64,000 nt of DNA from Octopus bimaculoides (GCF_001194135.2 NC_068981.1:148383081-148447080), one strand, 5' to 3'; shown: positions 40,991-55,312, counted from the stretch's first letter. Notes: generated by a model from the sequence alone, not told the origin. Numbers and translations are program-made.

Positions 40991-41753
40991 ATTGTTAGGT
41001 TCTGTTTCAGAAGAAAAGAGTGGGGAACAGGTTGAAGATCAATGCAGACAACTGTTGAGTGTCATTTGGTGTAACTCAGGCAATAACTGCTAAATGATGG
41101 CAGCAAAAATAACGTCAACTCCTTTACTGTGGGGAGTAGATATAGCCACTCAAAATTTTGTCTCCCTTTACTGCGGAGAGAAGTTTTATATACTAGGCTA
41201 TCTTATGTTGAGAAATGTCATGTTTGAAATTATATTCTGTTGTGAGATGTCAAGTTTATTGAGGCAATGGGACTAGCAGAAAATATCATTTCTAGTTTTT
41301 GGTAGATATTTAACATCTTTACTGATGAAATCTAATTTAACAGAGAAGGGGTTAACAGAGTGTCCAAAAGTGAAGATAATAACATCATGTAGGTAGGTAG
41401 GTAGGTAGCAAATTTCTCAAGAAGTACTCACTTCTCAATGACCTTTGATGGAACTTCAGAATAGCTGGAGTAGCAGATCTCAACAGAGAATAAGAAGAGA
41501 AACACTTTGGTTCTAAAAAGGTATGTTTCCTGTAAACTTGAAGATGGTGCTAATATTCTTTCTAATTTTGGTACGAGGCCAGTAACTTTAGGTGAATAAG
41601 GTTAGTTGATTACATTGACCCCAGTGTTTAACTGATATTTATTTTATCAACCCCTAAAGGATGAAAGACAAAGTTAACTTTGGTGGAATTTGAAATCAGA
41701 ATGTAATGAATTGGAAGAAATATTGTTTTGCATTTTTATCTGATGCTCTAATG

Positions 41754-42105
41754 CAGAGGTTCTCAAACTTTTTGGGCAACATAATACCCCTCATGGCCAC
41801 ATAATACCCCTCATGGCCACATAATACCCCCCAGTGCCCCCACCCCTGTTTTTTATGTATAAATAAATATTTTATATTTTACTAATTTATATATACTATG
41901 AATCATTTGATATTTAATATAATATTATATAATTTGTATACAGTACTATAATAATATTATAATAAACTCATAGCATTCCCCAATCTACTGCCTTCCTCCC
42001 AACGCCTCCTTTTTCTCTAACCCACCCACTAGGCACCAGTGCCCACTTGGACTATCCCACCGCCTACTGGGGTGGGGGCAGTAGTGCCCACTTTGAGAAC
42101 CTATG
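41754..42105. mobile_element. hAT-type MITE inserted in a SINE
   Basis: TIR cagaggttctcaaa / tttgagaacctatg; perfect 8-bp TSD ctctaatg (41746-41753 and 42106-42113); internal 20-bp tandem cataatacccctcatggcca. Confidence 0.88.
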
Positions 42106-42927
42106 CTCTAATGACTCTGTCAATTAGCTACCTTTGATGCTAATATTGCTTTCAAATTTTAGCACAAGGCCAGAAAGTTCAAGGGAGGTGTAAGCTGATT
42201 ACATTGACTCCAGTGCTCAACTGGTACTTATTTTATTGACCCTGAAAGGATGTAAAGCAAAGTCAGCCTCACTGAAATTTGAACTCAGAACATAAAGATG
42301 GATGAAATTGCCTGTTGTGCTAACAATTCTGCCAGCTTGCCACCCTCACTGGTGTTAATATCAACATAAAGTTTGGCATCTCTTGAACTTGTTACTCTTA
42401 CATCACATCATACTTCAAAAGTCATACATTTACAATCCATGAGCAGGAAATAGCTATGAAACACTTCAAAAAGACAGTGAAGGTTTTAAACCCTCAAAAT
42501 ATAACAGAAAAAGTGTTATGTCACATTCCAGTGGAAAATATTGGACATGAGATCAGCAGCTGCTCAAAAATGTCATCCCATGATACTCTGATATGTATGT
42601 AATACATACAGTAATACATATTCACATTAACAAGACAATTTTGAAATACATTATAAATTCCCCTCACATTTCACCCTACCATAATGAAAATAAGAGGAAA
42701 AAAAAAAAGCACAGGACACATTAGATAAAGTAGTCTAAGATACCATTAAACAAATGGAATGGTCACATGTGGAATGCCTTTGATAAAATATCTGCATGAA
42801 TCAGAGTTGACGTCATCCGAGAAACATCAAGGATGAAGTGATTTTCATAAAAAGCAATATATCACTAGTAGCCTTCACTGAGCTGAGATTACAGTGAGTA
42901 AGTGTGTGTGATTGCATGTGTGTGTGT

Positions 42928-42959
<32 letters not shown>

Positions 42960-42976
42960 ATGTGTATGTATTTGTG

Positions 42977-43074
<98 letters not shown>

Positions 43075-46000
43075 CTTGTTTCGATGATTATAATTTATTG
43101 AAAGCTGTAACTTAAATCATTAATCAGGTTCTCATTGTCCTTGGACAATTATATATATATAAAAAGAAAATAACAAAAGAAAAAACAACAACAACAGGCT
43201 TACAAACAGATGCACAAGACTAAATGAGGAAACTTATTCTGATTGGCTGACAATTCATAATGGAAATACATTTTTTTAAAATCCAAATATATTCAATAAA
43301 TGACAATAGCTGTTTATTTATTCTCATATGTCACATTATTTTTTGCATATACTGCAGTCAGCAATGGATATATACATGTTTCAAAAAATATTTTTCATTT
43401 ACAAATTGCTGAACCAATCAAATCAATAATTATTATAAAAATTCTGCTCATTTATGATCTTGTGTACCTATTTATAACCCTGGTTTACCATTTTATCAGT
43501 GATTGTTCTAAGTTTGGCAACAAGTATAATGATTTGCAAAAATCCCATCTTCTGATAAACAAACTATTCTATTTTTATATTGATTTTGCATTTTGGCACA
43601 AGGCCAGAAATTTCAAGGAAAGAGTAAGTTGATTACATTGACCCTAGTACTCAACTGGTATTTATTTTATCAAGGATGAAAGGTAAAGTCAACCTCGTCA
43701 GAATTTGAACTCAGAATGTAAAGATAGATGAAATGCTACTATTCTATTTTAATATTCATTACTTATTTGCTCTCATTTGTATTCATGTCCACACTCTCTC
43801 TTTCAATATACATATGCATGTGCAGGTGTGGCAGTGTGGTTCAGAAGCTTAGTTCTCAACCATATGATCTTGGGTTCAGTCCTGCTGTGCAGTACCTTGA
43901 GCAAGTGTCTTCTACTGTAACCTCAGGCTGGCCAAAGCATTGCGAGTGGATCTGGCAGACGGAAGTGGCATGAAATGGTGAGAAATGACCTTCAGATGTT
44001 GAGCCTCACAGAAGAGATGACAATGGACCGAGACAACTGGCAACATGCCATGCTTGAGAAGGACGCTACCGACAAAGTAAAATCCATGTCCATAACCTCC
44101 TCGCACAACCCACCCCACTGTTTCTCTTCTCCCCTCCATTCTCCATCATGTCTACCTGTCTGCACACAATATGCCCCTGTTAAATCCCTTCTTACTCCAC
44201 CTCTGGCTCCCACTCTCCTTTCGGAATCTTGTGAACTCACTCACCTATCAACCCTCTCTCTAATCCCTGGTCCACTCCACTCTATACACCATCCTGTATC
44301 TTGGATGTACGACTCCTTCCCCGTCTCTATCACATCTACACCATCTTTTTCTCTTTTCCCTCTCTCTCTCTCCCCCCTATCTGAGGAAGTTATGTTTCTT
44401 TTCTAATGCAAGATACCTTTCTGTCCCTCAGTACTAATTCCCACCACCCCAGTTGGGGTTTTTAGTTCTGCAAGTTACTTGGTGACCTCACTACTGCTGG
44501 TGCCAAGTAAGAAGCACCAGTACACTCTGTAAAGTGGTTGGTGTTAGGAAGGGTATCCAGCTGTGGAACCCATGCCAAAATTGACACTGACGCTTGGGGC
44601 AGTCTTCTGACTTGCCTGTTTCTGTGAAACTGTTCAACTCATGCTAGCATGGAAAATGAGTGTTAAATGATGATGATGATGATATATGCATGTAATGTGT
44701 GCGCATGTTCCTGTATACTCTTGGCTAGACATGTGATAATTGTAAATGAGCATCATTGTCATACAAGCAGAGCTGTTTGTTTCCAGTCTTCTGTAAAAAA
44801 ACATGCCTGGCTATGGGTAAACATTAACTTGCTTGGAAACAAATGGGGGTTGGCAATGGAAAGGGCATCTGGCCACAGGCTGTCCTGTCCAAATAATTTC
44901 CGTTTGACCTAGGTTTTGAAAAGTAGACATTATAACAACCACAACGATGATGATGGTGATAATGATGATGATATATAGATTATTGAATATTTCTGTTTAT
45001 TAACAAAGGAAAAATAATCAATAAATAAAGAGAGTGTGTATATTTTATTAAAAGCTGAAGTTTCTTGAATCATAACTAACGCTTAGGTTAAAAGTATGGC
45101 AGCAGTTTGTGTGAATAAAAAGTATTGATAAATGCATTGAAGTATATTGAATAACTGAGACTTCAATCGTTGCAGAACCAATTGTTAGAAAATGCCTCAT
45201 ATTTACCTATTCAATTATGAAAAGAATGCAAGAATGTGTACATATGTTGTGAGAATATTTTTAAAGAAATTTTCAGTTCTCAGTAAGCTGTATATACTTT
45301 TTTATTACACTAATATTTGTAAGCGTAATCTTAACTTGCTAACCTAAAAGAAACATGCTATTGAAAGATCAGATGTTAGGGTTGTTGCAGTTACATGGAG
45401 GGGAGTTGTCCATGTTCATGCTTGAAAATTTGCTTCTATCTATACTAACTATTAAAGCAGTGAAGATTTGGTGTAACTCCACTTTATTTTAATGCTATTT
45501 CTATAAAATATCTTATGATATCTATGGTCTACTTGGAAATACTAATTTGTAAGGCTTAGAAAATCCTAGCAATGTTGGCATGAACATTTCAACTATATAA
45601 CTGATCATACCATATAGTATTTAATTTTCTATTTCTATGTTTATGTGAGTTAGTGTTCTATCTTTGAAACTGTTGTTTTTTAATGCACCACTGTAATAAT
45701 AATCAGTATGTTATCAGAGGATAAGTAAGATAGATAGATAAGTACTTACTAGTAATACTAATTAAGTTTTTAAGGACCACTGGAGATGGTAGGAATATAT
45801 ACTAATACAAAACAATTCATCATTAGGTTTACAATAAGGGCAGTATTTACCAGTACCTAAATTTATTGTTATCTTTAAGAAATTAATAATACTTTGATCT
45901 ATACCTATTATGATATTTAAATCTAATTCTTTGGATGTGTCGATAATGAAATCCATTCTAACACCATCATCATCATCGTTTAACGTCTGCTTTCCATGCT

Positions 46001-46726
46001 GGCATGGGTTGGACAAGTTGACTGAAGACTGGTGAGCCGGAGGCTGACCCAGGCTCAATCTGGTCTGGCAAAGTTTCTACAGCTGGAAGCCTTTCCTAAC
46101 ACCAACCACTTCGAGAGTGTAATAGGTGCTTTTTACGTGCCACTGGCATGAGAGCCAGTCAGGCAGTTCTGGCAATGACCATGCTCACGCTCAAAAGGTG
46201 TTTTTACATGCTACCTGCACGGTAACCAGTCCGGTGGCACTGGCAACGACCACACTCAAATGTTGTTTTTCAAGTGCCACCAGCACGGGAGCCAATCCGT
46301 GGCCCTGGCAACAGTCACGCTCGGATGTGCTTTTAATGTCCCACTGACATGAGTGCCAATCAGGTGGTACTGTCATTGGCCACATCAGCGATTTTGGTTT
46401 GTTTACACTTGCCTTAATAGTTCTTCGCATTAGTAAATGATAGTAAATGATGTTATATTTATGTAGAACACAGCATAATTTAGAATAACAGAAACATGTA
46501 TGGTGTAGACAACTCAACATCCAGTCAGTTGTGTAGCTAGTGGTGGTAAGTGAGAAAGGGGCTGTCCACTCTGAGTAATGCTTTTTATGGGTGAGGGGAA
46601 GCACTTTTGGGTTTGCTACAAACAAATCATTTGTGGGGGTTTTCAGCCAAAAATTGCAGAACCATCTTTTGCAGTCTACAAGAGACTACCAACATCACCA
46701 TTATGCTTGTGTGTGCGTGTGTATGC

Positions 46727-46799
<73 letters not shown>

Positions 46800-47203
46800 G
46801 CAATGCATGTAAAATATATTAAAGGCTACTCATACTTCACCTAAGAATGTAGAAAAGTATTATATACAATTCAACCCTTTAGCATCCATATGCTATATCA
46901 AATATAATGCTTATTTGTCACTTTAAATTAACCATGCATTATCTTGTAGCTTCAAAATTTTGATGATGTGATTGCTTATTTTTAGAACAACATTGTAGGG
47001 TAGGTATGAGAGGCTGGATCTGACCAGTTTGAACATAAAACAGGTAGAATATTTGACCCAGATATGGCTGGTTTATATGCTAAAGGGCTAAACTTTTTCT
47101 ATGTAGACTATAGAGAATAGTCAGAATTGGAGTGTATAAGGCAAAAGGTCATCTCCATGGTGACTAAATATTCAAAGACAGGTGGTATATAACTGGTACT
47201 TAC

Positions 47204-47283
47204 TTTGTTTCTTCCAGTTTTGCAAAAGTGTAGTAAACACATTTTAAAAAGTCTCGTGGAATTTTCTTTAAGCCCAAGATATT
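47204..47283 (-). CDS. SLC26A11: SLC26A11-like exon 5
   Basis: poly-T ccag|AAT ATC... encodes NILGLKKIPRDFLKCVYYTFAKLEET; donor AA|GTAAGT; 80 nt; not in the ORF track. Confidence 0.9.
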
Positions 47284-47329
47284 CTGGAAAAAAAAAAAAA
47301 AACTCAGTTGTTATTTGACAGACAAAAAT

Positions 47330-47560
47330 TTACATGCTTAACAATACTCCCTTTCTTATAGAATTGAGTTAAAGGAGCCCCTACATGGTTCCTTGCACTA
47401 CTAGAATCTACAGCCAAATTTCCCTTAAATAGTACAATAAGAAATGCATCAGTTCTTTCTCTTCCTGGCATAAATCCCAGCCGCATTTCATTGACTTTAC
47501 TAATCCTCTTTCCAGACACTCTTTCCAAAACCTTCATCCCATGCTCCAATAACTTAATTG
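47330..47560 (-). mobile_element. RTE LINE reverse-transcriptase fragment
   Basis: EHGMKVLERV...GFMPGR..TDA motif. Confidence 0.65.
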
Positions 47561-47771
47561 TTCTGTACGAGCAAATCCTAATTTAGAACAGGTGTACTGC
47601 ATTCATATGCATTGATAGAGGTGAATATAAAGGTTGACAACAGGAAAGGCATCCAGCTATAAAACATTGACTCAGAAACATATACACACACACACACACA
47701 CACATATGCATGCACACACATATACACACACATTCAAGAAATTTGAAATTGTGTAAATGTATGAATTTTAA

Positions 47772-47804
<33 letters not shown>

Positions 47805-48861
47805 GAGAAAATCTGCCTTTTATAGATAAGATATACAAACATATATAAATACTTACTGAAAGTAATAGAAGTGAAACTAATATATATAAATACATAATGA
47901 AAGTAATTGAAATTGAAACTACATAATAGTGAAAGTATTAATAAAGATGTTATTGTTTCACTTTTGAAACTAAGAGAGAAACTGTAATACAGAAACTGTG
48001 AGAGAGAAGAGATTGCTCCGGGTTTGCATTAGGCAAGAAGTTGAAAATATTTTTTGGGCCCATGACACTGCATGGACTCTAAGTAAGGCATGTGTAAAAT
48101 TTGAATGAAATCTGTTGGGTAGTTCTTGAGTTTTAGGGATGCACACATACAGACAGACAGACATTGTCAGCTTTATACATATAGATTATATAACAGTTGT
48201 TGAAACAGATTGCCACCTAATAGTATAAAACTAAACACATGTGAAATCTTTAAATATGGTCATTCCATATATTTAACAATTTTAACAATATTTATAATGC
48301 ATATCTAATATCAGCTGGTTTCTGCTTCTGATACAGAGGATTATTGATGTTTATGAAAGCAACATAGATACAAATCAATGGCTACAGATGTAAAACTGAT
48401 TTTTCTGAAATTATGTTTTATGTAAATCAGATTAACATAATACTATAGTGTGTTTTTTGACATCAATAACCTTTAGCATGTCAATTTTTATATCAATTAT
48501 ACCAAATTCATTTGTTATCTGCATTTCTGATCCAAGAACATTGTATAGGCTATGAATAATGACCCTTTACTTTAAACACAAGATAAAGAAATAAAGACTG
48601 TCAGCAAACACCTATCCAACTACCACATACATACATACATACATATATGTATGTGTGTATATATTTATGTATTGTTTGAAATTCAAATACTTAATCAATT
48701 AGTCTGTCCTGACGTATAAGTCACAATACTGATAAGGTATATATGCTCAAGTTCATTTTTTTTTCTCAAATTTTTGTCCAATACAGAAAAAGCTAGTCAC
48801 CAGAACAGAAACAAGGTTCTTTCAGTTGAAGTTGGACAACATTAGCTAGGTTGTCATACAT

Positions 48862-49176
48862 TTTTTTTTCGCCCTTTTAAAGCCTAGCCAGGCTCATGGG
48901 CCCGGTTTCCTGGTTTCTTTGGTGTATGTGTTCCCCACCTCAGCTGGACGGGACGCCAGTCCATCGCAGCGTTACTCAAGAAGTAGAAAGAAAGAGCAAG
49001 AGAAAGTTGGGACGAAAGAGTACAACAGGGGTCGCCACCATCCCCTGCCTGAGCCTTGTGGAGCTTTAGGTGTTTTCGCTTAATAAACACACACAAGGCC
49101 CGGTCTGGGAATCGAAACCGCGATCTTCCGACCGCAAGTCCGCTGCCCTAACCACTGGGCCATTGCGCCTCCACTG
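48862..49176 (-). mobile_element. tRNA-derived SINE, head H1 + body M1 + tail T2
   Basis: Same head and body as 14448-14797 but a different 3' part; poly(A) tail; TSD aggttgtcat(a/g)cat (48848-48861 / 49177-49190). Confidence 0.85.
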
Positions 49177-49500
49177 AGGTTGTCATGCATGCTTGATGTC
49201 ATTTTCTCTGAGGCCTAATTAAATTCTCTTTTTTTTTTATTATTTTTATTTTTGGCAGGATTCAAGCCAGTCAATAACAAAAATGACAAGGACAGGGATT
49301 TGTGAATAAGAGTGCAAGTTAGTGTGTTTATCTATGTAGGTGTTTCATACTATACATCTTTTATCTTTTACATGTTTCAGTCATGAGACTGTGGCCATGC
49401 TAGACCACTGTTCTAACCCAGAAACAAGGCTCTTTCATTGGTATTTAGACAGCACCAACTAGGTAGTTGTGTGCATGTGAGAAAGTGTGAGCATGCATGT

Positions 49501-49556
<56 letters not shown>

Positions 49557-49890
49557 GAGTGTGTGTGTGTACACATATGTATGTTTCTTTCGGTGAAAAT
49601 ATTGTTGTTATTCTATGAGTAAATCTGCATGCTTTGTCCTCATACACAGATATTATGAGGATATTTTCAAACATCCATGTATAATGTCAAGTGAAATCCT
49701 CAGTGTGAATTGTACGGAATCTGCATCCCTTTTTTGAGCATCAAGTTTTTCATTGTTATTTCCTGCTCCTGCTTTGCAAAAGCATACTCTACAAAGTGAG
49801 AGATAATATGTTACCTTGTGGTCCGAAATAGACCACTTTGCATATGGAAAGCTTTTGGTAATATAGTTACACATGATTTTCTGTTGGTAT

Positions 49891-49948
<58 letters not shown>

Positions 49949-50696
49949 ATGTGTTAATAAATCTCTGTGTGTGTGTGTGTGTATGTGTTAATAAATCTCT
50001 GTGTGTGTGTTTGTGTGTGTGTGTGTGTAGCTTTTCATTTGCAGACTAAGTGCGGTAGAGTTGTGTGACTTCTCTAGTCATCAACCAGAAAATACTTTCT
50101 GAGGGGCTCCTTTCCAATTCTCATGATGCTATTTGCCTCAAGTTTATAGATACCATCCATGAATAAGATGACAGAAAACCAAGATATGTGGTGCACTGCC
50201 GTACTCAAGAAGACCCATCCACCACAACAGAACTGAAATCCTAAAACCAAGCATTGAACCAAGCATAAGAAGCATTGGTGTGGATGCTGCTGCCACATAA
50301 AAAGCACTGATGCTAATGCAAAGTAAAAAGCACTGAGGATGGTACCACGTAAAAAGCACCCAGTACGTGCTGTAACATGGTTAGCATTAGGATGGACATC
50401 CAGCTATAGAAACCAAGCCAAAACAGACTATGGATCCTTGTGCAACCCCTGGCCTTGCCAGTTCTTGTTCAGCTGTCCAATCCATGTCAGCATAGAAAAC
50501 ATATGTTAAATGCTAATGATGATGATGATAATGATGGATCCGTTTTGACTCTTAGTGGTTAGTGAATGGTTTCAAAGGAGTGTGTCTGTATGCATGCATG
50601 AGTGTGTGTGTGTGTATGTGTATGTGTTCTGCACATATATGTATTAGTGAATGTGCTTGTTTTCATATGTGCAGATGCTTCAAGAGACAGACCTAC

Positions 50697-50782
50697 CTTG
50701 ACTTGTCCAATACTGATTGTAATAGCAGCAGCACTTGTAAAAGAGTTAATCACAGGGTAAGATATGAAATTTACTAGAATTC
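50697..50782 (-). CDS. SLC26A11: SLC26A11-like exon 4
   Basis: tctttgcag|GA ATT... encodes (G)ILVNFISYPVINSFTSAAAITISIGQVK; donor AAG|GTAGGT; 86 nt. Confidence 0.95.
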
Positions 50783-50871
50783 CTGCAAAGAAACAAAATG
50801 AAAATTTCCTCAGACTTTGATAACAATTATAGATTATTTAGTAGAGAATATTGTACACTTGAGTGTAATCT

Positions 50872-50922
50872 GATATATGATGGGTAATGACATATGATGG
50901 GTAATGACATATGATGGGTAAT
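50872..50922. repeat. 17-bp tandem repeat x3
   Basis: Unit atatgatgggtaatgac. Confidence 0.85.
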
Positions 50923-51159
50923 ATTTTTTGAATCTGACATGATTGGAATATATTTTTGCCCTTGTGGCAAAAATCAGGTAATGTAACATACAATAATAAT
51001 TATAATTTTATTTTTCAAATTTCATGAATTTCATGTATTTATACAAAATAATTATCATTTGTAGTCTGTTTTCCATGTTGGTATGGGTTGTCATTTTCAA
51101 AATAAAAATATTTCTTGAATTAAAGAAAAAAATAAAACAAAATTCTCATCTGCATATTT

Positions 51160-51712
51160 AACTTGCATATTCACAATCGGCACACTGAAAGGTAGGTCTG
51201 GTGAGATTGTTGAGATACTTGAACGGAGATGTATCGATTTGTGCTGCCTCACAGGCAAAGAACACAGGTACAAGATTTTCTGGGCAGAGAACATTGGTGG
51301 TGTCAGGGGCGTGGGTATACTTCTTGCGGAAAAATGGGTTGATAAGATAATCGAGATAGTCAGAGTATGCAACAGAATACTTAAGATTAGATTAGTGCTT
51401 CATCATGGGTTAGCAACCATTATCTCGGCCTATGCCCCTCAGCTGGGGCTACCTGATGGACAGAAAGACCGATTTTATGACACTTTCTTGCAGACTCCCT
51501 CGTTGACGAATGACAGGGACCTTCTATTTGTGGCTGGTGACTTCAATGGACATGTTGGGCAACATATAGGGGGGTTTCCATGGCGTACATGGAGGCTACG
51601 GTTTTGGTTCCCGCAATGAGGAGGGAACCAGGCTGCTGGAGTTCTGCGATGCAAATGATCTTATGGTTTGCAGGACTAACTTCAGGAAACCTGCCAGTCA
51701 CCTAGTCACCAT
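51160..51712 (+). mobile_element. RTE LINE apurinic-endonuclease domain fragment
   Basis: RGVGILLAEKW...RILKIRL...IISAYAPQLG...VAGDFNGHVG...GFGSRNEEGTRLLEFC; one frameshift. Confidence 0.88.
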
Positions 51713-51848
51713 TCGAGTGTGATCGAAGGGCACCCAGCTGTAGAAACTCTGCCAGATCAGATTGGAGCCTGGTGCAGCCATCTGGTCCGCCAGTCCTTAG
51801 TCAAATTGTCCAACCCATGCCAGCATGGAAAGTGGATGTTAAACGATA

Positions 51849-51880
<32 letters not shown>

Positions 51881-53156
51881 ATAGGTTGCCAACAGCCAAT
51901 TGTTTTAACTATCATTCACAAATGTAATATTGCCTGATATTATCCATGGCATTATTTCTTAAATGACAGCTAACAACTTAGCTTTAATATAGTAAACAAA
52001 GGTGATAAAGCCATTAAAATTAGAGTTATCTTCCTTTGCAGGCTGTACAAACTTAAAGAAATCAAGATATACTGCCAATTTTATTAACTGCTGGTCCTTT
52101 ATGGGAACGTAGATATTCAGATCATTAATAGTGAATATTTATTTAGTGGTAGTTTTTGGTTCATTCCTAGATTAATCTTATTGCATTATATTTTTCTCTC
52201 TCTTTTTTTTTTTAAATTTGGAATAGCTGCTGGTAATAAAGAATAAGGATGTTAGTGACAATGAGTATACAAAAGACATATAAGCTGTTAGCTTTCTACT
52301 ATCTGGACATTTAAATGTAAGTGTTGATGAAGAGGCTCTATGTGGTTACTCATTTACTAGAAATTACAGCAAAATTTTTCTCAAAACAAACCTTACCATC
52401 TTAAACAAAGGAAATATTGTATAATGTAGTCCCGGACAGTCTCAGAATGAGATGGGATGGCCATGATGGGTAATACCTTTTAGGGCTGATCTAAGGTTAA
52501 CCAATGATACCAACAGCAGCATCAACAACATGAATGGTATTCTTTGTCAGAAACCTGATAATCTTAATTATCTGCACCAGTGATCACATGAAAAATAATC
52601 TACAGACTAACTCAATCAATTGGGTTAGTCACACTAATTAGGTTAAACAACACCCTCTAATTATATAATTTAGTTTCCCTAAGAGTAATGTACAGAATAA
52701 CAATCAAATATATTGCTTCTCTACATGAACTATGTTAGTCTCACACCCACTGAACTATTTAATATAGTTTGTCTCTCATTATTTTAGCTAAACAAAACAA
52801 TAATGTTGAATATAAATTTTCCCATGCAATGTCATGAGAAAGTGTGAAGCTTGATATTTGTAAAGTTGATGACAATTATAGCTGCATGGTGGTTCTGGGT
52901 AAGCAGTCAATAGGTTTAGAAAAGCAATTCTTCTTTTTGGAAGAACGTACTATCTTTTATCCTTTACCTGTAACCTGTTTCAGTCATTAGACTGTAGCCA
53001 GGTTAGGGCACTAGCTTGAATTTTTATTGACCCCAGTACTTATTTTTTAAGCCCGGTACTTATTTTATCGGTCTATATTGCCAAACTGCTAAGTTACGGG
53101 GACATAAACACACCAGCACCAGTTGTCAGTTGTCAACACAGACACACACACATAAG

Positions 53157-53203
<47 letters not shown>

Positions 53204-53394
53204 GTGGGCTTCTTTCAGTTTCCATCAACCAAATCCACTCACAAGGCTTTAGTTGGCCCAAGGCTATAGTAGAAGACGCTTGCCCAAGGAGCCACGCAGG
53301 AATCAAGTGGTTGGGAAGCAAGCTTCTTACAACACAGCCACCACTGCGCCCATGTATACTAGTATACATTCCCCCTAAGTTCACATGTGTGAAG

Positions 53395-53750
53395 TGAATA
53401 CTCAACATCAGGTGGCTGCAAAAGGGTCTGAAATGACACAATTGAAATGACAACAGGCATCAACAAGATCAGTTATGAAATAAGACACAGATACTGGAAC
53501 TGGATCAGACACGTCCTCAGGCAAGATCAAGAAAGTGATTGTCTGGTACCACTAAAGTGGAAGCCCAAGGGGAAAAGAGCAGCAGGGTGCCCTAAAACCA
53601 CACGGTGAAGGACCATTCACAAGGAAACATGATGAGAAGAGCAGAGAAGCTGGAATGAAACTAGAACAATAGTAGAAAATAGAGCTGGTTAGACAGATAG
53701 TGTTGCAGTCTTATGTGCCTCATGGCAAGGAGAGAACTAACTAACTAACT
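53395..53750 (+). mobile_element. RTE-type LINE 3' fragment
   Basis: Degraded RYWNWIRHVLRQ...WKPKGKRAAGCPKTT, with a (CTAA)n tail. Confidence 0.7.
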
Positions 53751-54365
53751 AAGTTGATTTTATTGTTAGAATATATGCTAACAATTTTTGTCTAAACATA
53801 TAAAACAAATATTTTAATATTTTTATATTTTCTGAAAATAAAATCGTTTGTTATATCCATGAAATAGGTCATAAGACGAACAACTGATTTCTTTATTTGT
53901 CGAGAAGGAAAATAATGAATAATCAATCGGTTTCACAAATTGTGTTGGTCAGCAGTCTTAGTGAGAAATATTGTCAGACAGAACAGGCAGAACAGGACAG
54001 TTTCCCCTGGCTTCACCAGCAGAAACGTTCTCTCAAAATTCAGAGGGCTGAGAGGTTTCTTTTTTCTTCTCCTTTTCAGGGAAGTGTCCTGTCAGATATT
54101 CATGGGTCCAATGGGCTTCAAAACTCCAGACTAATGTATTAGGTGAATCATAACCCAGTTATAGGTACTATTAGCCAATGTCTATTTTGCATATCTTTAT
54201 TGCCCACAAGGGGTTAAACATAGAGGGGACAAACAAGGACAGACAAAGGGATTAAGTCAATTACATCAGCCCCAGTGCGTAACTGGTACTTAATGGTACT
54301 TAACTGATGTGGAGTGGTGTGATGTGGTTGTGTGGGGTGTTGTGGGTGGGGTGTGTGGAGTGAGA

Positions 54366-54433
<68 letters not shown>

Positions 54434-55107
54434 TTTCTCCTCCTCCTATTCCTCCTTTGATTTAACTTGCAATTTTCCATTCAGACAGAATTTGTTGTTG
54501 CAGATTTTCTATGGCTGGGTGCCCTTCCCCTTGCCAACATTAATTTGTTTCCAAGTGAGATAATGTTTTCAATGATGAGATAAGTTTTCTCAGAAGATTG
54601 AAAATGAATGACACTGCTTATATAACAATGATACTTGTTTACACTTGTTATGTATGTGTAAACATATATATAAATTTTGTATAATATATATGAATATATA
54701 TATTATATCAACAATAACAACAACACCTTGTTAGTTTTGACATATAGCCTTCTGGGTTATTTATACTGAAGAATAGAAGTCAAAATGAAACTTCCACATA
54801 AACTATATAAAATATTTAAAATTGTCACTGTGTAAAATAGTTGCTTACATCTTTTCATAATGAACCTGGCTTAAACTGTCCACATCGAAATGTTCATATT
54901 CAAATTGAAATTCTGGTGGAAATCTGATTGTAATATGAATGATGTGAAGCTTCATTCAGTCAACACTACTCTAATATACACCAATATAATAAAGTTAGAT
55001 ACTTAATAGGAAATCTTGTCAAAATCTTGGTTATACTGAAAATAGAATAAAACATATAGGAATCTGAAATTACAAATATAGGCACAAAAAGTTTTTAGGG
55101 AACTTAC

Positions 55108-55312
55108 CAAGATTGAAAAATCCCATTAACAATTGGACTATTCCACAGAAAAATGCTAATAAGATAGCATATGTTGGATCATTGTTGATAGGGGAATTCC
55201 CAAATGCTGCAGTCATTAAGGACATGATGGCAGTGGGTCCAAGTGTGATATCTTTGGCAGTCCCCAGGATGCAGTACACAAAGCAACCCATAAATGCTGC
55301 ATAAAGGCCATA
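55108..55312 (-). CDS. SLC26A11: SLC26A11-like exon 3
   Basis: ttttccag|TAT GGC... encodes YGLYAAFMGCFVYCILGTAKDITLGPTAIMSLMTAAFGNSPINNDPTYAILLAFFCGIVQLLMGFFNL; donor G|GTAAGT; 205 nt. Confidence 0.95.

Noticed and set aside
43300-43632. 110-aa AT-rich ORF
   Set aside because: Low-complexity composition, runs into an S3 SINE, no motif.
43960-44400. 143-aa Ser/Pro/Leu-rich ORF (and similar sequence at 58490-58830)
   Set aside because: Looks like joined degenerate LINE pieces; I could not assign a clade or a host-gene function with confidence.
45762-46058. ORF containing CPYC
   Set aside because: Half of the ORF is SINE sequence and the rest is AT-rich with a single CxxC; no family support.
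54080-54142. Plus-strand exon-like segment with a strong polypyrimidine acceptor and GTGAAT donor
   Set aside because: No partner exons or recognisable peptide; such sites occur by chance in 64 kb.
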